DNA from: Nemertoderma westbladi
Lineage: Eukaryota; Animalia; Xenacoelomorpha
NCBI GenBank assembly: GCA_032718475.1
Contig: JAUCBJ010004611.1
Coordinates: 1-32,071, forward strand
Length of the DNA: 32,071 nt
Direction of reading: 5' to 3'
Under the pieces are notes generated by a model that searched no databases, was not told the DNA's origin, and saw only the letters and a program-made list of their open reading frames with translations. The translations under genes and the position numbers were made by a program. Of the stretch, positions 10,001 through 20,605 are shown piece after piece. Positions within the stretch are counted from its first letter, which is position 1, and each line of letters opens with the position of its first letter.

Positions 10001-11913
10001 TTAACAGGACCTAAATTAATATCTGCTCGAAGCACACCACTAAAATCGTTGTATGTTTCAATATTCTTACTGAACACATTAGAAAATTTCGAATTCGTAG
10101 TTTTGAACATATGTTGCTCAGCTAATGAAAGCTGATGATCAGGATCAACAATCACCTCAGATGATGGATCATGTGCCAACGGTTTTGAAAGCTTTGATAA
10201 TACAGGATGAACATTCATAATAGCGAGCTCTGGTTCAGTAACTACAGCACGAATAACAGCTAATTGTTGTGATTTCTTGATAGATATAACTGAATTAGTT
10301 TCATTTGGAATGCGAAGGACGCCATTCACAACTCTGGATAGCGAAGGTTCAGGCCACAATCCATTTACTGGAGAAGATGAGCAGGCCTGAATAGCAACTT
10401 CGCCTTGATGGAAGTTTAAATTGGGATCAGACACTTCAATGAATTCACCGGGATAAATGACTGTAGACTGTTGACTGCGGACAACTGTTTGTAGACATCT
10501 AATTGAAGGATATTGAGGAGGTTGTGTACCATATGAAATCCATTGACTTCCAATTAATATTTCTTTGTGTTTGATAGAGATTTCGATTGAGTTATCGAAC
10601 ATAAAAGGAATACCAGCTAAGACATCACACTCCATTTGAGTAGATACCAAAGCATTCAAAGATAGACACTGTGAGCCAAAGGTAAGCTCAATCTTGACTT
10701 CACCGCAAATATTAATGCAACTCTTATCAACCTGTCGCGCAACTTGATCCGACTTATACATTGGGATGTTTGCAGACTTGACAAAGGCAAGCGAAATCAT
10801 ATTGGAAGTGGCACCACTGTCACATAATACTTTACATGGTATATGTTTAAAATAAGCATAAAAGAATGGAGACACCATTATTTGGACTCGATTGACCACA
10901 GAATATGCTGCAGCGCCTTGATCATCATCTTCACTGATTTCACCGTCGTCATCATCTTCCTCATTATCATTATCAACTTGAACACGAAACGATTTAACAA
11001 GACGCATGCGATCAGATGGAGATAAGAGAAAGCATTCATCAATAGAATGTCCATCAGATTTTCGACCACAAGCTTTACAAAACGAACAGGATTTAAATTT
11101 CTGTGGAACTTTAGAGCCTTTGGATTGAAACTTTGAATTCTTTGAATGAAACTTTGAATTAAATTTCACCTTGCGATCAAAGGCTCTAGCAAGTGAAATC
11201 GAGGATACTTCTTCATGTGCATTAAGCTCCTGCAGTAATGAAGCTACATTATCAACAACGAGTGGCTGTATATCTTTCAATGTGCGAGTCTGAAGATCAT
11301 GAGCGTACACACGAGCCACATAACTGGGAAGCCGAGAATCAATAAGTTGGAGCCATAAATAGACTGCCAATCGCTCGACAGTAGGAGAAAGAATCTCATC
11401 GACAGTAATCGCTTCTCCATCGTGTAAAAGAGGAGAACCGTTTTTGAGTTTATTATCGTGAAGATGTGCAACGATTCGTTGATATAAAACCTCGTAGCGT
11501 TCATTGGATTCATGTTTAATAGATGCTAATTTTAGAAAATTTGCCTCGGATTGCTGGAAGCCATAGTGCTTGCGGATTCTTTGCCATATCCAGCTTAAGC
11601 TAATACTGCGATCAATAATTTCGGTATTTAATAACGAAGGCGCAAATTGCGCAATTAAACCGATCATCCGACTGAGACGAATATTCTTCTGCACTGCCGT
11701 TAATCGTTGACCGTCCGGAACTGGTGCAACATCGTCGATCATGTCGCGGTTTAAAGTCGACGGTTTACCCCATGTAAACCCAGCAGTGAGGAATGGAGCA
11801 AACTCATTTTCGAGCGAGAGATGATACATGCAGTTCTGCATCCAATTTTGAAACGATGTTATTGTTTCATTGTCAGTCAACGACCACATTTTCGGTGGGC
11901 GGAAGGAACCCAT
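7096..11913 (-). CDS. Gag-Pol polyprotein, 1605 aa
   Basis: ACCATGG start context. Cys/His knuckle CSFC-x9-H-x4-C; aspartic protease LCDSGAT; RT (SPSFLVKKPNGSFRLV, SDFSKCFYQIP, AMGMPGS, KIADDFY, LGWIW); RNase H (TTDAS, CEREGLA, LTDSKP, LSDYNSR); integrase H-x4-H...CTEC, AADVL, RVDCAPG, NPVADRAI; C-terminal RRSKRAHKPPKRY. Confidence 0.96.
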   Translation of the reverse strand: MGSFRPPKMWSLTDNETITSFQNWMQNCMYHLSLENEFAPFLTAGFTWGKPSTLNRDMIDDVAPVPDGQRLTAVQKNIRLSRMIGLIAQFAPSLLNTEIIDRSISLSWIWQRIRKHYGFQQSEANFLKLASIKHESNERYEVLYQRIVAHLHDNKLKNGSPLLHDGEAITVDEILSPTVERLAVYLWLQLIDSRLPSYVARVYAHDLQTRTLKDIQPLVVDNVASLLQELNAHEEVSSISLARAFDRKVKFNSKFHSKNSKFQSKGSKVPQKFKSCSFCKACGRKSDGHSIDECFLLSPSDRMRLVKSFRVQVDNDNEEDDDDGEISEDDDQGAAAYSVVNRVQIMVSPFFYAYFKHIPCKVLCDSGATSNMISLAFVKSANIPMYKSDQVARQVDKSCINICGEVKIELTFGSQCLSLNALVSTQMECDVLAGIPFMFDNSIEISIKHKEILIGSQWISYGTQPPQYPSIRCLQTVVRSQQSTVIYPGEFIEVSDPNLNFHQGEVAIQACSSSPVNGLWPEPSLSRVVNGVLRIPNETNSVISIKKSQQLAVIRAVVTEPELAIMNVHPVLSKLSKPLAHDPSSEVIVDPDHQLSLAEQHMFKTTNSKFSNVFSKNIETYNDFSGVLRADINLGPVKPPPRKGRVPFYTHSNLSVLQDEFDSLEKLGVLAKPEDVGVVVQHVSPSFLVKKPNGSFRLVTSFNELGHFTRLIPSKPTKPEEVLQTLANFKFIAKSDFSKCFYQIPVAKSSIPYLGTMTPFKGVRVYLRAAMGMPGSSEWEDELIFRVLGVFLQLGWLVKIADDFYIGADTIEELHSRWVQVLQCLCKNNLKLSASKTVIAPLKTTILGWIWNCGTLSVSAHKISPLVVAIPPVTCSAMRSFLGSVKDIARCFPRCSSFLAPLESAIKGLKGADRINWSPELTKDFEKVKDTLRSPSVLTIPKRNDKLILTTDASPLNNGIGGTLYVLRDGHKKLAGHFSYKMKDHQTRWFPCEREGLAIAVCVSHFAPYIRESIHQTQLLTDSKPCVQAYRKLCQGEFSASARLSTFLSALSGLNVSLHHIKGDDNVLSDYNSRHPIVCEEKSCQICKFVEETAVSTCLAVTVEDVLNGTSRMPFLCSASWKSAQNACPTLRKVFAHLTNGTRPVKNAKGCRDLKVYLRSATINKQGILVVNKEDPYIHNRELIVVPVEILEGLLTAIHLSFKHPSKLQLSKLFHRYFFAINADDIIDRVSNDNCTECKALKKLSSELIPQSSSKSPESPGLQMAADVLRRFKQKIFVVRDVFSSYTWAVLVDDEQSDSLRKGILNCILPLRSNMSKIRVDCAPGLQALRNDSILLRNGIVLDFGSEKNCNKNPVADRAIQELEVELLKCYPDSQALTQQEIISAVDMLNSRIRSSNLSAKEILFGRDQLTGERLNFSDQTLSKQQELRRESNHDVSAKSKSRGSSHCSIPELHVGSLVFIKDELSKHHPRDRYIVIKLHDSMAIIQKFNNNIFGRKHYSVPFEKLMLCTPTPTQPVNAKWFGEHDVGDSSSESEGDFKIKGDRQFAPPPEDLLKDCQIAPENLLDDVAFNNDDGIRRSKRAHKPPKRYGSLIRYDPNYPLDGEL

Positions 11914-12090
11914 GGTGAGGCCAATGTAGTGAAATCGAACGAAATTGGAATGATTCCGGTTTCCACAAGTAGAACTCGGTGCGATGTAAATAATCGAAGT
12001 TTAGTTTTGAGAGTCTTCAATTCTCGGAACAGTTCACTCGACAAAATTGAAATTTCGATGGTTTATTTTAGATGATGTAGTTCGGGCGCT

Positions 12091-12111
12091 GAGTTCAACC
12101 CAAAGCCACCA
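12091..12111 (-). promoter_or_regulatory. Candidate primer-binding site
   Basis: TGGTGGCTTTGGGTTGAACTC starts immediately after the 5' LTR. TGG is complementary to tRNA CCA; the primer tRNA was not identified. Confidence 0.55.
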
Positions 12112-12352
12112 CGCCAGACGGGTATAAAATAAAACAGACAAATCAACTAAGTCAATGCTCCAAACTCTGATCTTTGTCTCAAAACCAAATACGAAAATAA
12201 TATAACAAGAACAACACAAAGGTACAGTAGAAACCGGAACCAATACAGTAGTAGGTACTGGTACTAGTACAGTACCGGTACAATACAACATAACCAATAC
12301 AATAGTAGGCACTGGTACTAGTACAGTACCAGTACAATACAACATAGTGGCG
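12112..12352 (-). repeat. 5' LTR (241 bp)
   Basis: Direct repeat of 6639-6880. Confidence 0.95.
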
Positions 12353-12494
12353 TTGTACATTTACATTATTATTATTGCAGTGTTATTTGTCTATCAACTG
12401 ATTCATAAATATGGATATGATAACAAAACGTATGTTTTTTAATCAACACGGAGTACCAGTACATTAGTACCAGTACTGTAAATTCCATTATTAA

Positions 12495-13476
12495 GAGAAA
12501 GGAGCAGGTTACAGTTCACAGTTAACTGTTACAGTGTTTCACGGTTACAGTTAACTAATACAATAAACGAAGCTAATCGTAATTAACTGACAAGAGCTGG
12601 TTAAAGTTGCAGTGCTTCTAACCAAAACAATAAAGGAAACTAGATTGACGGAAAAAAGCTGAAGTAAAATACAGTACATTTTGTTCGGCTATTAGGCCAG
12701 GGATTGTGCACAAAGTCAGACGACTTATTTCCATTGTGGACCCCCAGACTCCAGAGCTTAGAGCTATACTCCCCAGAGGAATTTCCAGTACACATTTAGC
12801 TACCATTTAATGACGCAAGGCAGAGATGCACCCTGGTTAGACTCTTCAATAGAATCTTGTTAGATTCTTCTGGCGAGCACTTTAATAACCTTGCCCGTTC
12901 TGGCAAGCACGTATAATAACCTTGCCCGTTCTGGCAAGCACGTATAATAACCTGGCCCGTTTGGGCAAGCACGTATAATAACCTTGCCCGTTCTGGCAAG
13001 CACGTATAATAACACGCAAGCAGATATTTACCCTGCCAGTTTTAGCATATTAAACGATGGAGTCGAGATATAATATTATTATGATAATTATTATGATTAT
13101 AATACGAGAATTATAATATATGACAATGGCATACGTACATGGATACATGAATACATTACATTGCAATGGCTTGCATATTATTTATAGACAATAAAATACA
13201 GTACGTGAAACCTATATACAGTACGTGAAAACTACAGAACTACGGTAGTATTATGTACTGTAGCTACTTAGTATTGAATTAACATACTACTGTAGGGCAG
13301 TAGGGGGGGGGGGGGGGGGGGGGGGGCTGGTCGCAATAAAAATTAATCCCTCACCAAGGTAAATTCGACGCAAATAACAGCGGATTACTCTCAAAAATAA
13401 GACTGTAACCTATTCCATTGTGCTTAGTTTATTGTTTTGGTTAAAACAACGTGCCACTATAACCTGCTCCTTTCCC
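12495..13476. mobile_element. Degenerate TTAA-target (Kolobok-like) TIR element nested in 6266-14340
   Basis: TTAA|GAGAAAGGAGCAGGTTACAG on the left and TATAACCTGCTCCTTTCCC|TAAA on the right. An inner TAACCAAAACAATAAA / TTTATTGTTTTGGTTA pair. The same terminus motif is at ~1349 and ~3776, the latter followed by TTAA. Confidence 0.45.
12868..13013. repeat. 31-bp tandem repeat, ~4.5 copies
   Basis: GTATAATAACCTTGCCCGTTCTGGCAAGCAC, with internal inverted CTTGCC/GGCAAG. No spacers. Confidence 0.9.
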
Positions 13477-14714
13477 TAAATTCAGTGAAATTGAGAATTT
13501 AACATTGAGGCGGGATATTAATTCGCCAAGTCGGGTTTTGCGTGGTTATGAAGTGAAGGGTTATGAAGGGCCCACGATAAATTATTATGGTGAAAATGAG
13601 AATAAATAATGCATATTTTTCATTATAATAGTACACCAAAACTGTATCACGTCACCTTAAATATTATATATAGATATGATTATGCAATTTGTCTAACAAT
13701 AAGCACTATAACGTAATATACATTAAATACAATGACAAATTACGTATAATAACAAACAATAATACAATAGGAAATCACCAAATATACTCGCATCGCCAAT
13801 ATATTAAATATTATAATTAATTTGTTCGTTTATATAACACTAATACTAATTAAAATATGAATTACATCACGAAAATCCATTAAAAAATATAAAAAACGAC
13901 TAGAAAATATACACCGAATCGGTGTCAGAGTGGAAAAAAAGAGCCGATTCGGTGTATTTTCGAGAAAATTTAGTTCCTGAATCGGTGTACTAGAAAATAC
14001 TGACCCCGAATCGGTGCTTCTGCAGGCTGTATGAATATATCGCAAGCCCCCATTCGCGGTACAGGGAGTCCTGGATACCCTGATTCGGGGTATAATTTAC
14101 ATTAGATTTTCCGGTACAATATCGAAGCCGGAAGATTTCATTAATATTCCAAAGTTTTCTTATTTGTAGTGCACACCAATGTGTATTCGAATATGTTAAA
14201 ACGAAATTGCGGAATTAAATTCTTCATATGCGGAAATGAAGGAGAAAAAATATCTATGTGAGAACCCCGAATCGGGGTATCACAAAACCCCGAATCGGGG
14301 TTTCCTTCTATACCCCGATTTGGGGTATTTTCCCTTACTGGAAATGCAGATGTCATTAAATTGCGAGCTGGCGAGCGTAGCCAGCATGGGAATTCTGCTG
14401 AATCATGCAGGCTGTCATGGTCTTATTGGTTTGAAGAATCTGACAATTGAAAAACTTTTGAAACAAGTTATGTTTTTAATGGTCATGCTCAATCTGTCCG
14501 ATTTCCATTCGTCCACAGCCAGACAGTGCTAAGAGCTGAAGAGTAGGCTGGTAGGTTTATAGTATAAACGCGAGCGGAGCGAGCGGACATTTTTCAACCT
14601 CTTTAAACTGTTAAACCTATGGAATAATTTCAAATAGACCTGTAGAGTGGGATGTGTTGCCAGTGCACTGCTACGCTACCTCCTACTGTCCTAACCTAAC
14701 CCTACATCCATATT

Positions 14715-14850
14715 CGCGCCAGGACCGCCAGGATCCTCAATGTGCGCCACACGCCCCTGTCATAACGCGCCAGGATCGAGGATCCTTAATCCGCGCCACA
14801 CGCCCCTGTCCACTGTCACTATGCGCCAGGATCCTTAATCCGCGCCACAC
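14715..14850. repeat. Degenerate ~50-bp GC-rich tandem repeat, ~3 copies
   Basis: GCGCCAGGA..GGATCCT(T/C)AAT..GCGCCACACGCCCCTGTC recurs. Confidence 0.8.
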
Positions 14851-17468
14851 ATGTTGAGCATACTCTACATAAATTCCAACCTGGGCCCTACCGGTTGTAG
14901 TGGTAGGCATACCAGTGCCAGTACAGCGGTATGCAGGTATGCTGATGCTGGTATGTTATGTGTAATGTTCTGACTGACTTTCACTTTCTGAGTCTCTCTC
15001 ACTAATGGCTCTCTTTCTTACAGTCTTAGTCTTACTTCTGTCCTGTCAGCCTGTCTCTGTGTAGTGTACGTGTACCATACCGGTACCGGTACTGCACTTA
15101 AAATGCTACCGGTACGGTACATTCTACTTTCCGTTTAGGCCTACAGGCAGACAGGTTTAGAAAATTGTTTACAATCGTGATACCGGTTTGCCTGCCTACG
15201 TCAGTACGTAACCTTATGTAATATTGCTCTGCATTTATTCGATATTAATAGGCCTATAGATAATAAATATTATAGGCCTACCGGTAATCTGGTAATTGCT
15301 TTCTTATTCTGTTATTGTCCAATAGTTTTCTGTAATATTGGCAGTTCTTCTATATGACATAGGCCTAAGTCTCGCATTGATCTGTTGATTACGCTGTTGT
15401 TGGTGTCAAAATACGATAGAAGAGATAGCTTTAGTCTTTCTTTATGCAGTTATGATGAAACATATTTTGAATTTGAAATACTTGCAATAATAAATATTGA
15501 ATGAGCTTTCCTACAATGGCGATAGTGGATAGCGCAGTGGGAGTTGATAGGGCCTACCGGTCAGCCGGTACTGCGGTACTTGATAATTTTGGCAAGAAAA
15601 TATGTCAACTTAGGGAAATTTTCTAATAAGTGTATCTTTTTCCAAGGAAGAAGTAGGCTAGAAGATCAGAAGATATACCGATAGACACATGAAGCAATGG
15701 ACAATGACTGTGATTGCACAGCTGTTAGAACAAGGAGCAATCTCGGTTTAAGGTATGTTCCAAAAGACCCAGCAATTTTGACACATCCAAAGATTCCAGA
15801 CACAGACATTCATCTTCTCCGATTATATTAGATTTCAAAAGTTCACACACGTGATAAATCATTAAAGACTCATCAGTAATTGTGTCAATATCTCACGTCA
15901 CGTATGACTGTACAGTGTACATAGGTCATCATAGGTTTGTGTCAGTATCCCATCCCACTAATCCAGTAATCTCACATGACATGCCCGAATGTCAACAGAT
16001 GGTGCACTTGTTCCAGGGATGTTAGCAGTTTGCAGTTAGTGCCACATCTAGTTCTAGAACTACTGAACTACATCTCAACGTCAAAAATCGAACCTGAACA
16101 ATATAAAATGTGAACAAATAACACCATCCACCAAGCATGCAGCCATAACCCACCCACCCTCCTTTGCCTTGCTCCCTGAGACTTATGAAGCGACAAGCGA
16201 CTAGATATGCTCCAACAAATATTTAAATACAAATTATCTTTGGAAACTAATAACAATGCCAGCTGCTGACTACAATTTCTTATGGGAGCCATATCATCAT
16301 CATCATCTTCTAACATTTCCATTCAACAGGAAGGCTATTTTAAAGCGGCTGGATAATGATAGGTCGCCATTAATATACCTCAATGCAGACTTCATAGGTA
16401 ATGAATACCTACTGTACATTGAAAAAGACATCGGAGGATACTAGATCACTTCAATATTATAATTTATTATTGGTGTTATGAGTTATGGGTCAATATTATA
16501 GCATAGATTGTTCTTCAGACTGTGTAGGTCTGTAGGTGTATCCACTCTTATTCTAACTGAACCATGGCAACGGCAAGCTATATTTTATTATGCTTTACAC
16601 TTATGAATTGACACTGGACAGGACATGGTTGATTGTGTTAACTTTAACAATCTGTTATAATTATTATATAGGCCTAGGTCAGTAGGTAACAGTTTTAAGA
16701 AGAAACATAAAGAAAAGATTTTAAATGTTTTAAACAAATCGTTTTTTTGGAAATTTTCGTTTACGGACAATAAAATAGTCCTAATTATATATCAATCTAA
16801 TAAAGATGCGGATAATAATGTATTCAATGTCAATATTATCTAATCAACGATCTAGAAGTTTATTTTGTTGATTTCGCATTATTTATTAATTATTATACTG
16901 GTAGATCAGTAATTACATATTGGTAATTATTAATAAATTTAGCATTAATATGTTTAGTAAACATATATTTTGTTCCAGTTCATAGTAAAATCGCCTTGAA
17001 GGTTTAATTATTTGATTAACTTTCTGGATTGTCATATTCATACATAAAGTATAGCTAGTACCGGTATATAGATATAGAAGTTATTTTATTTGGCGTTGCT
17101 GTTGTATATGACATCACATACTTCAAATTTCTTATTTATTACGGTACTTTAAACGTTTCTTAAAGAAAACAATATCTTTTACAAAAATAAAGTATTTTTG
17201 TCCTCTCTGTAATACACATTTGCTCGAAATAGTAGGCCTAATCATTTATTTTCATCAGCCTTCCTTCCACCTCAAAAAAAAACTTTTACTATTCCTCGTA
17301 AATGCTGATGAAAAAGTCAGGCAAAAAATGTTACTTTCTTTTTGTTAAAGAAATAGTTAATTACCTAAATAAATTTAAATACCTAGTTAATTAGTTACCG
17401 TATAATAGTTAGTTACCGTTAATAGGTATTACCGGTATATAGGATAGGCCTTTCTTATATGTTACATA

Positions 17469-18401
17469 CACCATGAACCGTAATATAGTGTCATTTTCTG
17501 ATGACACGGACCCCCAACCCCCCCCCCCCCCCCCCCCACCACATTTTTCTACAAATCTTTATCATATTGCTTAAAATTTGAAACACAACTAGTTCCACTC
17601 CCCATCGTTGACCCCATGAAGCCGGAATTTTCGATTTTGCCTTTAAATTTTTTTATAAGCGTTTTAAAAAAGTGTCTTTTGCGAAATCGCACCCTCCGTG
17701 TCGTGGCCATTCTTCACATTAGTCGTAATTTTATCATATCATTGCTTGCGTTGCAAGGATTCGAAATATGTAACAATATCTGAATTTCGTTGAGAAACAG
17801 CTGATAAATAGGCGTTCAAAGATTGCAAGAATTATTGTTCGCTCAAGGCCGGCCATTTATTATATTTAATAAATACACGATGTTCTGGAACATTTTGTTT
17901 AAGTATGGATAGCTGCACAATATATCTATTGGATAGGCATTCTGCTGTTGTCTACCAACTCATAAAATAAATAACAGGTTCTAGAATATTTTGTATTTAT
18001 TGAATATAATAAATGGCCTTCAGCGAACGATACTTTTTACAATCTTTGAACGCCTATATCCCAGCTGTTTCTCAACGAAATTCAGATATTGTTACATATT
18101 TAGAATCCTTGCAACGCAAGCTTTCTAATGATATGATAAAATTACGACAAATGTGAAGAATGGCCACGACACGGAGGGTGCGATTTCACAAAAGACACTT
18201 TTTTAAAACGTTTAGGCCTACAAAAAAAATTTAAAGGCAAAATCGAAAATTCCGGCTTCATGCTGTCATGGGGTCAACGACGGTGAGTGGAACTAGTTAT
18301 GTTTCAAATTTTAAGCAATAAATCTGATAAAGATTTGTAGAAAAATCTGGGGGAGGGGGTCCGTGTCATCAGAAAATGTCACTATATTACGGTTCATGGT
18401 G
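17469..18401. mobile_element. Palindromic MITE, TA target (Tc1/mariner-like), copy 1
   Basis: TA|CACCATGAACCGTAATATAGTG ... CACTATATTACGGTTCATGGTG|TA. Arms of ~400 bp around a short unique centre. Confidence 0.9.
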
Positions 18402-19292
18402 TATATATTTATATATATTTTTCCCGGATAGTACTTTCGCCTTATTTTTTATTTTAGTCATGTCAGTTGAGGTTTTATATTTATATTTTAATTTTTCTAT
18501 TTAATTAATAAGGGATTAGGGACAAATGCTGCCATGGAACTGAACCCGTTCCTATTACCGTATATAGTATGATTAACCTCATGCTGGTATGAGGCTATTC
18601 CATCCCTTCAATTGTACTGTACAAGAGAACTTTATTTTATGTATGAATGAACCTGTTGCATTATTTGTAATTAAAAATGCAGGCCTACTTACTTAGCAGC
18701 TATCCGATTATGCATATACCGATTTGTATATATTGTGTTTGTGTTTGTACCGGTACTGCACTGGTGCAATGTTAATAAAATATCTTGACCTTCAAGTGTA
18801 TGTATATTATTGTATTTCACTTCCCAGTATTTTATGTAATATATGTTTTTGGGTTTGAGAGTGCTGTTACTGATATTTACATTTACTCAGTTACTTACAG
18901 CCTTAGGGCATAAGGATCAGGGATTTGAACTACCAACTACCTAAAATTCCTAGCATGTGCTATATTGAAAATAGCAGCTAGTTTCCTGATGCCTTGCTAT
19001 GACATTGGCTAGGCCTAGGCTCTAACAAAACAACCATGTTTAAAGCCTAGTATGTCTGACAAAATGGCAGTCTATCTGTCTATATAGCAATAGGTATATA
19101 TAATTTAAAATAAATATTGAAATAGGCCTAATACCGGTCCGGTACTGAACTAAGTAATCTAGCATCAATCAGTGAGTTGATTAAAATATGTTTGTTAATA
19201 CTTCCTGATGTACATCGGATACTTCAGATTTGATCAGCTGCTCTTGTTGTTATTGCCATTGTAAATTTTACTTGATTGTATGTATAATTAAA

Positions 19293-20605
19293 ATGAAAAT
19301 GAATTTAGACTGTGTGCTACTAATGGTTATTGCATTATCTATTAAGCCGGTGCTTCTTGAAGGCAATGAAGCTAACAACCAGCAACCTTGTGAAAGGGAT
19401 GGCGGCCATGCAACAGTAATTATCGAAGAATCTCCATCCTCAGCTGGGTACTATTCAACATCATCAATGGCGTTGTTGTTTAGGCCTAGAAGGTTGGATT
19501 TTGGAGCGTGTTCTATTGGCATTCCTAAAACACTATGGATTACGGTAATTAATCCTTCAAAGTCGAGTCATCTCCATATTGCATCAATATCCTGCCAAAC
19601 AAAATCCTTTCATTCCACTTTTATCAACAGTAAATTTCTCGAACCCGGACGCAACGTTTCTTTCGAGATAACCTTCCTGCCAGTTACGTTGGGCGATATA
19701 AAAGACGAATTAACTTTTCAAACATCCGCCGGATCTTTCCCCTACGCAGTTTCCGGGATCGGGATTCGTAGCCCGTATCACTTGAGGCCTTTTCGAGGGG
19801 CGCGAATCCCCTTAAACCACATATTTTCGCCTTCTATTGTTATGCACAACCCCTTCTCGTCGGCGCTGAGTATCACCGAGATGTACGCCTCTGTGGGCGA
19901 CCTTCACCTGGAGCTGCCCAGTGCAGCGGGCGTCGCCCCCGCAGTGCCCCTAAACCCATCCGATTCGCCCTGGCGGATACCCGCCTACGCGACCAGGACC
20001 ATCATGCGGGCGAACTTTATCGGGCGAATTGAAGCCAACCATACGGCCTTCATTAGGATCAAGACCGATCGCAACGAGGAATCCCCCCTGATTCTCCCGT
20101 TTCACGTGGAGGTTTCCTCGACGCCCGGGGTTTATTGCAGCGCGGATTGTCTGGATTTCGGCACCGTAGTCTCGCACGACAGCCCTAGGACTTTACCCGT
20201 CTATGTAATCAACACGGGGACTAACCCGCGACGAATTCGCTCGATCTATACGGAATTGGAGAATTCCGCGGTGCGAGTTAGCCCGCAGATTCTTCTACTA
20301 CAGCCGAAGATGACTCAGTACGTCGAGGTTGCCAGGGTCACATTCCATTCCAATCTGGTCGTCCAATCGCGCAACTGCTACGGTCGTCTCGTTATCGATA
20401 TCGACAACCTCCCGAATCTGATTATCCCCTTCCAGGCGAATATCGTCGCGGGCGAGGTCAGTTATTCGTCGGAGGAGTTGTATTTCTACGGGGGTTTAAC
20501 TCCGCCGCCTCCGGAATCGCGTGTCACGCGAGGCGTTATGATTGGTCACTCGTTCCCGTCGCCTGTGGCAATATATGACGCGCAATTGGATCCGGAGTTA
20601 CACAG
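19293..20605 (+). CDS. TMEM131: Transmembrane protein 131 (RW1) homolog, first visible coding exon
   Basis: Signal-peptide-like MKMNLDCVLLMVIALSIKPVLL. Family motifs LDFG..IGIP, PYHLRPFRGARIPLN..FSPSI.MHNP, EMYASVGDLHLELP, WRIPAY, NHTAFIRIKT, LDFGT match TMEM131 as I recall it. Donor CAG|GTTAGT after 20605 (phase 2). Possible acceptor CTTCAG| at 19227. The track ORF starts at a TTG and runs into the intron. Confidence 0.9.

Larger units (their letters stand above)
6639..12352 (-). mobile_element. Full-length Gypsy-like LTR retrotransposon (probably Troyka-type)
   Basis: Two near-identical LTRs with CGCCA...TGGCG ends. TTG flanks both sides (6636-6638, 12353-12355). Single ORF in gag-PR-RT-RH-IN order. 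Confidence 0.95.
6266..14340. mobile_element. TIR-bounded non-autonomous DNA transposon with 5-bp TSD, hosting nested insertions
   Basis: Left CAGTAAGGGAAAATACTCAGAATCGGGGTA; right end reverse complement CAGTAAGGGAAAATACCCCAAATCGGGGTA. GAAAT on both sides (6261-6265, 14341-14345). About 12 copies of palindromic AC(C/A)CCGA(A/T)TCGG(G/T)GT at 6280-6440 and 13905-14330. Confidence 0.8.

Noticed and set aside
7782-12075. Short ORFs overlapping gag-pol
   Set aside because: Alternative-frame or antisense shadows without motifs.
12081-12089. TTCGGGCGC resembling the tRNA-Sec 3' end as a PBS
   Set aside because: Only 9 nt, lacks CCA and is not adjacent to the LTR.
12868-13013. CRISPR-like 31-bp palindromic repeat
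   Set aside because: Units are contiguous with no spacers.
15640-16450. Possible decayed coding sequence
   Set aside because: Balanced composition, but frequent stops and no recognisable motif.
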